This document shows, piece by piece, positions 1 through 7,940 of a stretch of 64,000 bases of DNA. The translations under genes were made by a program, and so were the position numbers. Positions within the stretch are counted from its first letter, which is position 1; each line of letters starts with the position of its first letter. The DNA is from a virus. The notes under the pieces are model-generated. The model worked only from the letters and a program-made list of their open reading frames with translations, did not search any database and was not told the origin of the DNA. Location: positions 28,206-92,205 of the IMG/VR virus record IMGVR_UViG_3300007722_000005. One strand, given 5' to 3'.

Positions 1-321
1 GTGATCACGAGTCAACTTTTCGTCGCCGTGCTGTTTTCCACAGTATCCACAGATGTGGAGGTCGCGACGAAATAGGTTCTTGTTGCTGAGTGTTGGAGTG
101 CGATCAATGTACTTGAATTTTGACTTCAAAGCAACGATTGATCCAATTTCAACATGCGAACGTTCACCCGTCATTCTTGACGTACCACCTTGAAACATAA
201 AATCTTCGTCGCCAAATTCCCACGCGACAAGGCCTTTACATTTCAAAGTCACGGCGTCCTGCCAGTTCATCCAGCTATGTGGCTGACCACCTGCATTTAC
301 TGCTAAGATAAGGTTATGCAT
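1..321 (-). CDS. HNH endonuclease (McrA/HNH_5-like), runs off the window edge
   Basis: Own translation MHNLILAVNAGGQP...LFRRDLHICGYCG...LTRDH, i.e. the RD-x-CxYCG...DH HNH motif. Confidence 0.85.
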   Translation of the reverse strand, partial: MHNLILAVNAGGQPHSWMNWQDAVTLKCKGLVAWEFGDEDFMFQGGTSRMTGERSHVEIGSIVALKSKFKYIDRTPTLSNKNLFRRDLHICGYCGKQHGDEKLTRDH

Positions 322-336
322 GTTACACTTCTATAA

Positions 337-597
337 TTAATCGCCGCCTGGGCGGCCGGTAAATTCTTCGTCTGACATTCCACCCCACTCATCAAACCCG
401 AGGTCGATGTCCTTATGTTTGTTATTATATACTGAATAACTATTATTGGCAACAACTTTAATTCTCTCGGGTGGCGTCAACGAAAACCCTTGTATTGCGT
501 TATTTATCAACCAATTGATGTATCCCATGTCGTTTTTGATAACGTGATCAACAGTTTTACCTTTATATTTCCCAAAACTAAGCCGGCGCTTTTTCAT
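337..597 (-). CDS. FGKYKG-motif protein (DUF3820 / exodeoxyribonuclease X C-terminal-like)
   Basis: SFGKYKGKT...YINWL motif. Confidence 0.6.
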   Translation of the reverse strand: MKKRRLSFGKYKGKTVDHVIKNDMGYINWLINNAIQGFSLTPPERIKVVANNSYSVYNNKHKDIDLGFDEWGGMSDEEFTGRPGGD

Positions 598-919
598 TAA
601 TCTCTAACTCCGCTGTTGTCTCGATCCACAACCGTGCACCACAATTAAGTGGTTTGTTTGGACGGTATACAAACTCCGATGGGCCAAGAATCTTGACACC
701 ATACCCCTTAATTGGACCTGCCGACGTTTGTATAGTGACCGGCGGGTCATTCTTTCCGTGTTTCAAATTGCTCATAATAACCTTCTTATCAACGTGTATA
801 CGCTTGATCGAAACGTTATCATGTGCCTTCTCGCGTCTTCTGTTATGAACTTCGCGTATAGACGGTTCTGACACTAATTTGAACGCTTTTCTACGACTAT
901 ATACACGCTTCTCGGCCAT
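578..919 (-). CDS. hypothetical phage protein
   Basis: ORF in a tightly packed operon; KRIHV...KPLNCGARLWIET. Confidence 0.6.
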   Translation of the reverse strand: MAEKRVYSRRKAFKLVSEPSIREVHNRRREKAHDNVSIKRIHVDKKVIMSNLKHGKNDPPVTIQTSAGPIKGYGVKILGPSEFVYRPNKPLNCGARLWIETTAELEINEKAPA

Positions 920-943
920 GGTTGTCGTATTGTTTCCTTATAG

Positions 944-1126
944 TTAGACTCTCGGGTGGGTGATCTTCGCGAACGTTTCGATACCACGAAGACGCTCAAT
1001 TTCATCAGCAGCTTCTTCGAGGATATCTGCAATACGATCTGATTTGCCTTCCTGCACACTTTTGCGGCCGGGAATTTGACGACGGATTTTGGCGCGTACT
1101 CTCAGTCTGGTAATAAGATCGTCCAT
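944..1126 (-). CDS. hypothetical phage protein, paralog of 27400..27600
   Basis: RLRxRAxIRRxIP...DRIxDILEEAAD shared with the paralog. Confidence 0.6.
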   Translation of the reverse strand: MDDLITRLRVRAKIRRQIPGRKSVQEGKSDRIADILEEAADEIERLRGIETFAKITHPRV

Positions 1127-1128
1127 AA

Positions 1129-1572
1129 TTAAATGCTAGGGGCGCCACAATTTGTGCAACCTCCTGCCATACTCCTCTGTTCGTTTTCGCAGCACAGGCC
1201 TTTGTAGTAACCACTCTCGTTGCCATCGTAAATAATTACGTGAGTAGTTATCCGCGCAATTGAAACCATGTGTTTAGTTCCTTTACTTTCCTTGATGTTT
1301 GGGTGAAAGGCAACAACCAAATCTGGCTTCTCGGCCAACATCGCCTTGTTACGAATTGGACCTGCTGCATTTTTGTATTTCTTCCAATCCGCTGGAAATT
1401 TCTTGGCGGGGATTCCATTATGGTCCGCCCAGTTGCGCGACATAATGTCAACGCCGCGGCACTCCCCCTCAATCAGCAGGGTGAAGTTGTTGACTTTGTG
1501 GAGTTCGTCGAGATGCAGCTCGAGATACTCACTATCAATCCAATCTCTATCGCCACACACAAGAACTTTCAT
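1129..1572 (-). CDS. SLOG/YspA family protein (DUF2493)
   Basis: VLVCGDRD, EGECRGVD, ADWKKYKNAAGPIRN motifs. Confidence 0.85.
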   Translation of the reverse strand: MKVLVCGDRDWIDSEYLELHLDELHKVNNFTLLIEGECRGVDIMSRNWADHNGIPAKKFPADWKKYKNAAGPIRNKAMLAEKPDLVVAFHPNIKESKGTKHMVSIARITTHVIIYDGNESGYYKGLCCENEQRSMAGGCTNCGAPSI

Positions 1573-1836
1573 AATTTTAACCTCTCTATAGCCGGGGTTC
1601 TGTTCTATCTGCTAATTCGTCTGTGAGTTTCCTCACCCTCGTCAGGTTTCAATCTGAGTCATAGGTGCACCAACCCGATATCTCGGCGAGTCACGTCATC
1701 GATATCTGTTTGGCTTGCTGCCGCTGATGTCATCGTACAAGCGACTTTCGTCTCCGATGTAGCATTTACAGCTGCTCTTGGCAGCCCCGAACTTCCTCGA
1801 CAACAAGTTGCCGCTAGCAGTCGAGAGGTTAAAATT
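1573..1836 (-). ncRNA. rnpB: RNase P RNA, compact, with reduced S-domain
   Basis: 14-bp terminal P1; P4 halves GAGGAAGUUCGGGG and AACAGAACCCCGGCUA; P2 CUGCUAG/UUAGCAG; GCAAGCCAAA; P18 GUGAG-GAAA-CUCAC followed by AGACGAAU. Confidence 0.9.
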
Positions 1837-2406
1837 TTAAACTCTTTTGGCGCCGTGACCGTCGATAGGTTTGAACGTTTTCTTTTTCATGATCTGTTTA
1901 ACATGATCGTAACTGATTGGGCAATAGTTGTGATTATCGACACCCACATCAATAGATAATGAATTTGGATCGTCTGGTAGATTCCCGTGCGAATGGCCAT
2001 ATAACTGCCACGAACCGTGGTGCGATTTGTTCCACACCTTCATTGCATAGTGCATAAGAATGATAAGCTGCTGACCTTTGCTTTTTGTTTTGTCAGTAAC
2101 TTTTAATTCAAAATAATCCTTGACCCACACAAAATGTTTTGCAACACACGGGTCCATTTTGCTGTCGTGATTGCCACGAACTAAGAACTTGCGGCCGTTC
2201 AATCTTTTGATGACCGCTTCGGCTTCATGGGGGCGAAGAAATGCAAAATCACCAACAAAATAAACTTCGTCATCAAATTGAACATGATCGTTGTGGTTAG
2301 TGATCAATGTCTCGTTCATATTATCAACATTCGCGAATGGCCGATTGCAAAATTTTATTATATTTGCGTGACCGTAATGTTGATCGCTTGTGAACCATAT
2401 TGTCAT
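1837..2406 (-). CDS. calcineurin-like metallophosphoesterase
   Basis: DxH, GD, GNHD and GHSH motifs. Confidence 0.9.
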   Translation of the reverse strand: MTIWFTSDQHYGHANIIKFCNRPFANVDNMNETLITNHNDHVQFDDEVYFVGDFAFLRPHEAEAVIKRLNGRKFLVRGNHDSKMDPCVAKHFVWVKDYFELKVTDKTKSKGQQLIILMHYAMKVWNKSHHGSWQLYGHSHGNLPDDPNSLSIDVGVDNHNYCPISYDHVKQIMKKKTFKPIDGHGAKRV

Positions 2407-2454
2407 TTTTTTTATTCCCTAGCACGTTTGGTTATTTTCCTTGCTTTTACAATG

Positions 2455-2549
2455 TGGTGCCCCCGCCCGGATTCGAACCGAGATCATGCGCCAATCTAGC
2501 GCCAATGCCGAGGTATAAGCTCGGAGTTTTACCGTTAAACTACAGGGGT
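2455..2549 (-). tRNA. tRNA-Ile(UAU) with long variable arm
   Basis: Anticodon arm CCGAG-CUUAUAC-CUCGG, long V-arm hairpin, encoded CCA. Confidence 0.85.
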
Positions 2550-2551
2550 TT

Positions 2552-2626
2552 TGGAGCTCCAGGACAGAGTTGAACTGTCTTTCGCACTTTACCAAAGTGC
2601 AGTAATAACCATTATACTACAGGAGC
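2552..2626 (-). tRNA. tRNA-Thr(GGU)
   Basis: Cloverleaf with encoded CCA. Confidence 0.9.
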
Positions 2627-2703
2627 GTTAATAAGTCCAGCCTAAAACTTTCATCAATTTCGTTTTGACTCTAATGCTGGTGCGTTAATTATCCACATAA
2701 TTT

Positions 2704-2776
2704 TGGCACCCCATGAAGGAATTCAACCTCCGCAATCAAGGGTAGAAACCTCGACGCCGACATCATCGGATGGGGC
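2704..2776 (-). tRNA. tRNA-Arg(UCU), atypical D-arm
   Basis: Acceptor, anticodon and T arms intact; D region CCGAUGAUGUCGG. Confidence 0.75.
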
Positions 2777-2919
2777 ATTGTTAAAAGTTAAAATCCTGTT
2801 ATTTGTACAGCTATAAAAAATATCCTATAGCAACTATAACGAACCACTCTGTCAGTGAAAATTGGTAACACCAACTCGGCAGCTTGAATGCAATATATTC
2901 AAATATTTTGTCAAACATT

Positions 2920-3138
2920 TTAGTAGTGCCTTTCGTTTGGATGAAGTCGCCAAAATAACCGGCTCGCTTTCTCTGGCGCTTTGTGGTAAACATCAAACCA
3001 ATATTCGTGCACAATGTCTAGCTTCTGGTTCTTCTGCTTGTGCCCGATCCAATAGGGGTTCGAATGGCCACGAGGGCGCCACGTTTTTTCGTGGTAATTC
3101 CTGCGTAGTTGCCTGTCGAGGAATCTATACCCCCACAT
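2920..3138 (-). CDS. hypothetical protein
   Basis: ORF on the coding strand between neighbouring genes. Confidence 0.45.
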   Translation of the reverse strand: MWGYRFLDRQLRRNYHEKTWRPRGHSNPYWIGHKQKNQKLDIVHEYWFDVYHKAPEKASRLFWRLHPNERHY

Positions 3139-3279
3139 ATCAGACGTTCAGGTGCTTCTTGAGAGATTCGAGCTCGCGCTGTTTCCGAGCAACATACTTC
3201 TCATTATCAGGGTAAGCTATTTTGAAACGCTCAAGTGCACCTTTACGACGTTCCTGACGACGAATAAAACTATTCTTGA

Positions 3280-3669
3280 TCATTTTAGCTGGTCCTCCAT
3301 CTCATTAAATGCTCGACTAAGTTGTACCGATGCTATCTGAACAAGTTTTGGATCCTTGAATCCAAAATTATCAGGTAGATTTAATGTTATCACGTGTTTG
3401 TCGGCAAGGTCGAATTCGCTCGAAGTTTCCTCGAAATTCTCTTTGTTGACAAACACAACAGCATCGGACCAATGAATCAGAACGTCGTCAGCGTGGATCA
3501 ACGCAAATGTTTTTGTTGACCCTGCTGCACGTGTGTTGAAGTTGAATGGATCGTTTGATAGAATCCAAGCGACGGTCGGGGAGCGTAGCAGTCCAGCTGA
3601 GCACACACAAAGAACCTTTAACGAAGTTCCTTGGTGAGAATTAGTAGAATTGTGTTTTCTGTTATTGAT
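3280..3669 (-). CDS. low-molecular-weight protein tyrosine phosphatase-like; apparent ATC start
   Basis: KVLCVCSAGLLRS CX5R loop; frame open upstream to an ATC preceded by AGGAG. Confidence 0.8.
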   Translation of the reverse strand: MNNRKHNSTNSHQGTSLKVLCVCSAGLLRSPTVAWILSNDPFNFNTRAAGSTKTFALIHADDVLIHWSDAVVFVNKENFEETSSEFDLADKHVITLNLPDNFGFKDPKLVQIASVQLSRAFNEMEDQLK

Positions 3670-3763
3670 GATGAACTCCTTTTTGATGAAGGTTTCGTAA
3701 CTGTTTGAATATGACTATTATACGTTTTTTTTACAAAAGGTCAACAATTTTAAATTTCAAAAG

Positions 3764-3838
3764 TGGAGCAGGTGGCGGGGATCGAACCCGCGACATTCAC
3801 GTTGGCAACGTGGCATTCTTCCGCTGAACTACACCTGC
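3764..3838 (-). tRNA. tRNA-Gly(GCC)
   Basis: Cloverleaf with encoded CCA. Confidence 0.92.
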
Positions 3839-3872
3839 GTTATTACATTTCTTCGTGTGTGCTTACGCTTGT

Positions 3873-3950
3873 TGGTACCCCCGGTCGGATTCGAACCGAC
3901 ACTGTGCAGGTTTTGAATCTGCTGCCTCCTACCAATTGCGCTACGGGGGC
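3873..3950 (-). tRNA. tRNA-Leu(CAA), short variable loop
   Basis: Cloverleaf, 5-nt V-loop, A73. Confidence 0.88.
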
Positions 3951-3962
3951 ATAGTTTTTGAT

Positions 3963-4033
3963 TGGTACCCTGAGTGAGATTCGAACTCACAAAAGCTGGT
4001 TTAGGAAACCTGCTCCCGTCCATTGGTCAGGAT
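3963..4033 (-). tRNA. tRNA-Arg(CCU), truncated D-arm
   Basis: 71 nt; acceptor and T arms intact; loop UUCCUAA. Confidence 0.7.
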
Positions 4034-4034
4034 G

Positions 4035-4427
4035 TTATGTATGTATTATTGCTGAGGCGATATACTTCTGTATCTTAGCAGGTACGTTATGTGCTTTATT
4101 CATTACATCGGTCATTGTGAACTCGCTCGTGATTCCTTCTCGTGCGAAACTATATAGCGTTCCACCTGGGTGCTCAGTAGCGAGTATCTTCAACATACCG
4201 GCATCAGTAGCTGGAGCGTTGACTGCTGTTTTCTTGATCTTTACCGCCTGTGCAATGCCCATTGTATCTCGGAGCATAGACATCACCTCAGAGGGATCAG
4301 CATTGCGCATTACAGACAACACTTTACCGACGAGGACGTTGATGGCCTTATCTTTTCCAGACTTTACTTGCTCAACGGTCTTTTGATTGTCTGCAATGAC
4401 TTGGGTAATTAGTTCTTCTATTTTCAT
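4035..4427 (-). CDS. GatB C-terminal/YqeY-domain protein
   Basis: IEELITQVIADN...KSGKDKAINVLVGKVL...ADPSEV resembles the GatB tail; start moved to MKIEE to avoid overlapping a tRNA. Confidence 0.75.
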   Translation of the reverse strand: MKIEELITQVIADNQKTVEQVKSGKDKAINVLVGKVLSVMRNADPSEVMSMLRDTMGIAQAVKIKKTAVNAPATDAGMLKILATEHPGGTLYSFAREGITSEFTMTDVMNKAHNVPAKIQKYIASAIIHT

Positions 4428-4435
4428 ATGAATTT

Positions 4436-4525
4436 TGGCGGAGAGTAGAGTAGTCGAAACCCATTCCATTCCTGGAACCAACTGTTTTCGAGGCAGTGTC
4501 GTCAATCCCTGACAATTTACTCTCC
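4436..4525 (-). tRNA. tRNA-Ser(CGA)
   Basis: Long V-arm, G73, CCA. Confidence 0.88.
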
Positions 4526-4687
4526 ATTAAGTATTTTAGCGTCTTTCTCGCTGAGAGGAGTGCAACAATCTACCTTCAACTCTTCGTATGGAAGCTTTCT
4601 GAATATACGATCCCAACCTTCACGATAAGCATTGGTCGGTTGTTTCGTTTTCAGTTCGTCGCCAGTGATGTCGTTTTTTGATGTCAT
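4517..4687 (-). CDS. small hypothetical protein (56 aa)
   Basis: Own translation MTSKNDITGDELKTKQPTNAYREGWDRIFRK... Confidence 0.5.
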   Translation of the reverse strand: MTSKNDITGDELKTKQPTNAYREGWDRIFRKLPYEELKVDCCTPLSEKDAKILNGE

Positions 4688-4702
4688 AATCTATTTGTGT
4701 AG

Positions 4703-4778
4703 TGGTAGTGACCGTGGGAGTCGAACCCACCTATTCTTCCTTATGAGGGAAGCACATAAGCCGCTCTGTCAGGTCACT
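4703..4778 (-). tRNA. tRNA-Met(CAU), elongator or Ile2
   Basis: Anticodon arm CUUCC-CUCAUAA-GGAAG. Confidence 0.85.
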
Positions 4779-4783
4779 GCTGT

Positions 4784-4857
4784 TGGTGGTTCCAAGAGGA
4801 ATCGGACCTCTATATTCGCCATGTCAAAGCGACACTCTACCATTGAGTTATGGAACC
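4784..4857 (-). tRNA. tRNA-Val(GAC)
   Basis: Cloverleaf with encoded CCA. Confidence 0.88.
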
Positions 4858-4864
4858 TAATTTA

Positions 4865-4940
4865 TGGGGTGATCGACGAGATTCGAACTCGCGCTATCTG
4901 ATTCACAATCAGAGGTGCTGACCTTTACACTACGACCACC
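4865..4940 (-). tRNA. tRNA-His(GUG)
   Basis: G-1:C73, cloverleaf. Confidence 0.92.
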
Positions 4941-4946
4941 ATTGTT

Positions 4947-5019
4947 TGGTAGCGGCCGAGGGTAACGATCCCTCTCCCATCGCAGGTTATGAGCCTGGAG
5001 TCTACCACTAGAAGCCGCA
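4947..5019 (-). tRNA. tRNA-Met(CAU), initiator-like, atypical D-arm
   Basis: 1:72 mismatch; GGCUCAUAACC; short D-loop. Confidence 0.7.
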
Positions 5020-5041
5020 ATAGTCTTCTTTACTTCAATTC

Positions 5042-5118
5042 TGGTGCGCGGGCAGAGAATCGAACTCTGCAAATCCCACTTGTAAGGAGGGTGGTGTCAC
5101 CAGCTACGCTCCCCGCGC
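5042..5118 (-). tRNA. tRNA-Val(UAC)
   Basis: Cloverleaf with encoded CCA. Confidence 0.85.
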
Positions 5119-5174
5119 TTTGCGTGAAGTTATAAGGTTGTCAAGCCAACCTTCTCAAATCATGAGATGAAAAT

Positions 5175-5251
5175 TGGTCGGAGTACAAGGATTCGAACCT
5201 TGGACCCTCTGCTCCCAAAGCAGATGCGCTGCCAGACTGCGCTACACTCCG
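5175..5251 (-). tRNA. tRNA-Pro(UGG)
   Basis: Canonical cloverleaf, C1-G72. Confidence 0.95.
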
Positions 5252-5256
5252 AAACT

Positions 5257-5330
5257 TGGTGCCCCTTGACGGAATCGAACCGCCGTAAGCTGCTTACAAA
5301 ACAGCCGTAATACCATTATACTAAAGGGGC
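5257..5330 (-). tRNA. tRNA-Thr(UGU)
   Basis: Cloverleaf with encoded CCA. Confidence 0.92.
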
Positions 5331-5402
5331 AAATTATATTAATTACTTTTCTAAGTCAACTACTCGACCGCTGAGCTATCGAGTAATAATTCTATTTATA
5401 GT

Positions 5403-5615
5403 CTACGTTTCTTCCATTCCTGACGCTCCAGAGAGGCTTACACAATTTGGATCCTCTGCAATTACCGCAACAAACCGCATGTGGATGCTTCGCAACGTTG
5501 CTGCAATCGAAAGAGCGTCGCTCAAATCGCTGGCAACGTGGCCTTGTGTTACACTATCAAGCGTTGTCCAATATACTTTATATTCAGCTTTGTTCATATG
5601 TTTTACTTGTGACAC
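5403..5615 (-). CDS. hypothetical protein
   Basis: ORF inside the tRNA array. Confidence 0.55.
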   Translation of the reverse strand: MSQVKHMNKAEYKVYWTTLDSVTQGHVASDLSDALSIAATLRSIHMRFVAVIAEDPNCVSLSGASGMEET

Positions 5616-5840
5616 TATCGTTTAAGCCCGCTCAGGCCCGCACCCTCGAGGTATGTTGACCATATTTGCAAGACTCCTATGTAGCTTTCATAGGCGTAAC
5701 GCCACAAGTAAAACATTCGGCTCAGTACACCGAGAGGTATGATGAGTATCCTTTATGGTGTAGGGGACGTCCAGGCACATCACCGCGGTACACCATTTCA
5801 TCTTCTTTTGTTGCACTAAGGCGAAGAATCTTCAGAAGGT

Positions 5841-5914
5841 AACCTTTTCAACAATGTCTATTATACTACCATTTAAAGAATAGTCAACACTTTTCTTTTT
5901 ATTGTTAATTCGGC
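5841..5914 (-). repeat. 74-bp direct repeat, copy 1, carrying a sigma70 promoter (TTGACT-N17-TATAAT)
   Basis: Identical to 7343..7416 except for 1 nt in the -10 box. Confidence 0.9.
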
Positions 5915-6505
5915 TGTGTACTTCTCTTTAATTCTGTGAAGCTGTCCCGTTGCCCACTCCAAATTCCTGATGTATTGGTGTTGTTCAGAAGTTTGTTGAA
6001 CACCAACAACGGTGTTTAACCGTCGGTCAAAAAACTCTTCTGGCATGTTGTCGTGTGTTATTATAGTTCCTCTTGTAGGGAAGAATTGAACATATCTGCG
6101 CATGAATTCATTCCACTGTTCAATATGTTCAACAGGAGCTGTAAAATTAAATAGTTGAATTTCTGTTGATATCCTGAAACCAAACTGTTTTGCAAGAAGG
6201 AAGCTGAGTCCTGCTTGAACCATATCTTTTTCGACAACGAAAATTTCGTGCCGTGTTGTTTTCATCACCTTTTTGTACCACGCAATTGATTGTGGGAATC
6301 GGCAAAGATGATGGCCATGCAACTTTATAACAGTGTTTCCATTGTTCAAGCGATGAAGTAACCAATATTTTCGAAATACTGATGCAAAATTATCATCGTA
6401 ACGAGGTGCAAACGGCTCATAAATTTTGTTTTGTCGTTTGCACGAATGAAAAATAGCGCTACCATCTGTGCGGCGGTGGCTGTAAATTATTACTGGGTTT
6501 TTCAT
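5873..6505 (-). CDS. sulfotransferase-like P-loop protein (putative)
   Basis: IIYSHRRTDGSA..EPF..VIKLH pattern; preceded by TATAAATA at 6529-6536. Confidence 0.5.
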   Translation of the reverse strand: MKNPVIIYSHRRTDGSAIFHSCKRQNKIYEPFAPRYDDNFASVFRKYWLLHRLNNGNTVIKLHGHHLCRFPQSIAWYKKVMKTTRHEIFVVEKDMVQAGLSFLLAKQFGFRISTEIQLFNFTAPVEHIEQWNEFMRRYVQFFPTRGTIITHDNMPEEFFDRRLNTVVGVQQTSEQHQYIRNLEWATGQLHRIKEKYTAELTIKRKVLTIL

Positions 6506-6537
6506 AACACATCCTTTTTGAGATGTATTATTTATAA

Positions 6538-6614
6538 TGGTGCGAGTCATGGGAGTCGAACCCACACTGACCAGGTTTTAAATCTGGCGCCTCTTCCAAT
6601 TGGGCTACACTCGC
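6538..6614 (-). tRNA. tRNA-Leu(UAA), short variable loop
   Basis: Cloverleaf with encoded CCA. Confidence 0.88.
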
Positions 6615-6620
6615 GAAACT

Positions 6621-6695
6621 TGGAGCCCTGTGACAGATTCGAGCTGTCCTCTGAACTTTACGAAAGTTCTGTGTCGCCGTCTACACTTACGGGGC
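6621..6695 (-). tRNA. tRNA-Thr(CGU)
   Basis: Cloverleaf with encoded CCA. Confidence 0.85.
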
Positions 6696-6701
6696 AAAAC
6701 T

Positions 6702-6777
6702 TGGTGCGTCCCACAGGAATCGAACCTGTTTCAATGGCTCTTCAAACCACCGCTATGACCACATCAGCTAGAGACGC
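6702..6777 (-). tRNA. tRNA-Phe(GAA)
   Basis: Cloverleaf with encoded CCA. Confidence 0.9.
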
Positions 6778-6813
6778 AAATATCTCCGTTACACTATTTG
6801 TAGCTATTAAATT

Positions 6814-6887
6814 TGGAGACTCGAGACAGAGTTGAACTGTCATCTTCGGGTTTGCAATCCGAGGCACGGCCGTTATACCACCGAGTC
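6814..6887 (-). tRNA. tRNA-Cys(GCA)
   Basis: Cloverleaf, U73. Confidence 0.9.
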
Positions 6888-6893
6888 ATTGTT

Positions 6894-6970
6894 TGGTGCG
6901 CGAGGTGGGACTCGAACCCACAGAACCTACCCTCTCAAGATAGTATGTTTACCAATTTCATCACAAGCGC
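6894..6970 (-). tRNA. tRNA-Leu(GAG), short variable loop
   Basis: Cloverleaf with encoded CCA. Confidence 0.85.
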
Positions 6971-6979
6971 GTTGTTAGT

Positions 6980-7059
6980 TGGTGGAGTGAAAGAGAGTCG
7001 AACTCTAAGGCTACTAGTATGAGCGACCGCAAGGTCGCCGCCGCGATCCGAACCACCCC
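6980..7059 (-). ncRNA. Ala-acceptor tRNA-like RNA resembling the tmRNA tRNA-like domain
   Basis: G3-U70, A73, CCA and T-arm present; no D-stem; internal hairpin GCGACC-UUGC-GGUCGC. Confidence 0.6.
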
Positions 7060-7064
7060 GTATT

Positions 7065-7137
7065 TGGTACCCCATGAAGGAATTTAACCCTCGCAACTGA
7101 GCTTCGAAGGCTCTGCGCCGACATCATCGGATGGGAT
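7065..7137 (-). tRNA. tRNA-Arg(UCG), atypical D-arm
   Basis: Same CCGAUGAUGUCGG D region as 2704..2776. Confidence 0.72.
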
Positions 7138-7140
7138 ATT

Positions 7141-7212
7141 TGGCAACGGTGCACGGAGTCAAACCGTGTTGTATTTCCTTCAGAGGGAAAACCAGCTTCA
7201 AGCTTCACCGCA
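7141..7212 (-). tRNA. tRNA-Gln(CUG), short D-loop
   Basis: UUUCC-CUCUGAA-GGAAA; G73. Confidence 0.72.
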
Positions 7213-7220
7213 ATTGTTCT

Positions 7221-7297
7221 TGGTGCCCTAGAGGGGACTCGAACCCCTAAAATCTACATTCTAAGTGTAGCACGTATGCCAATTCCGTCACCAGGGC
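7221..7297 (-). tRNA. tRNA-Leu(UAG), short variable loop
   Basis: Cloverleaf with encoded CCA. Confidence 0.9.
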
Positions 7298-7342
7298 AAT
7301 ATTATTTAGATGTTATTAGTGTTGGTGTTTCCACGTTCACTC

Positions 7343-7416
7343 AACCTTTTCAACAATGTCTATTGTACTACCATTTAAAGAATAGTCAACACTTTTCTTT
7401 TTATTGTTAATTCGGC
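7343..7416 (-). repeat. 74-bp direct repeat, copy 2, with promoter (TTGACT-N17-TACAAT)
   Basis: Matches 5841..5914. Confidence 0.9.
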
Positions 7417-7437
7417 CTTGCGGCTCTCGCGTTGTAC

Positions 7438-7514
7438 TGGTGGGGGTAGAGGGATTCGAACCCACAATGACCCAGATTCAAAGTCTGGTACGCTTCCAGT
7501 CGCGTGTTACCCCT
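7438..7514 (-). tRNA. tRNA-Gln(UUG)
   Basis: CCAGA-CUUUGAA-UCUGG. Confidence 0.85.
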
Positions 7515-7520
7515 ATTGTT

Positions 7521-7594
7521 TGGTACTCCGGGAAGGAATCAAACCTTCGTGGGCCCCTTATCAAGAGGCTATCTTATCATTAGATGACCGGAGC
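7521..7594 (-). tRNA. tRNA-Ile(GAU)
   Basis: Cloverleaf with encoded CCA. Confidence 0.85.
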
Positions 7595-7600
7595 ATATTT

Positions 7601-7690
7601 TGGCGGAAAGCAGAGCGATCGAAGCCCAAACCCTTTCAGGTTCCAACCGATTAGCAATCGGCGCCGCACTCCATGCGCAATTTACTTTCC
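7601..7690 (-). tRNA. tRNA-Ser(GCU)
   Basis: Long V-arm, G73. Confidence 0.88.
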
Positions 7691-7695
7691 AAATA

Positions 7696-7771
7696 TGGTC
7701 TTTCAGGTGAGACTCGAACTCACGAAATCTTCGCCCCAAACGAAGTGGTATAGCCGCTAACCGACTGAAAG
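7696..7771 (-). tRNA. tRNA-Pro(UGG), second copy
   Basis: CUUCG-UUUGGGG-CGAAG. Confidence 0.88.
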
Positions 7772-7940
7772 ATATTCATTCCGTGTTTTCTATAGCACGG
7801 AGTATAACTTACCGGAGCCCATATAACCGTCATCAAGTGACTCGGTCTTATGAACTCCGACGTAGATTTTATTATTCACGAGTTAGTGATTTGATAGAGG
7901 CAATATTTCATGCCTCTATCGATAATAGATCTACTATGTG

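Noticed and set aside
5345-5386. 5' tRNA half (UAGCUCAGCGGUCGAG)
   Set aside because: No matching T-arm or acceptor 3' strand; treated as a remnant
6980-7059. Full-length or two-piece tmRNA
   Set aside because: No tag ORF or pseudoknot region is present between or beside the acceptor halves
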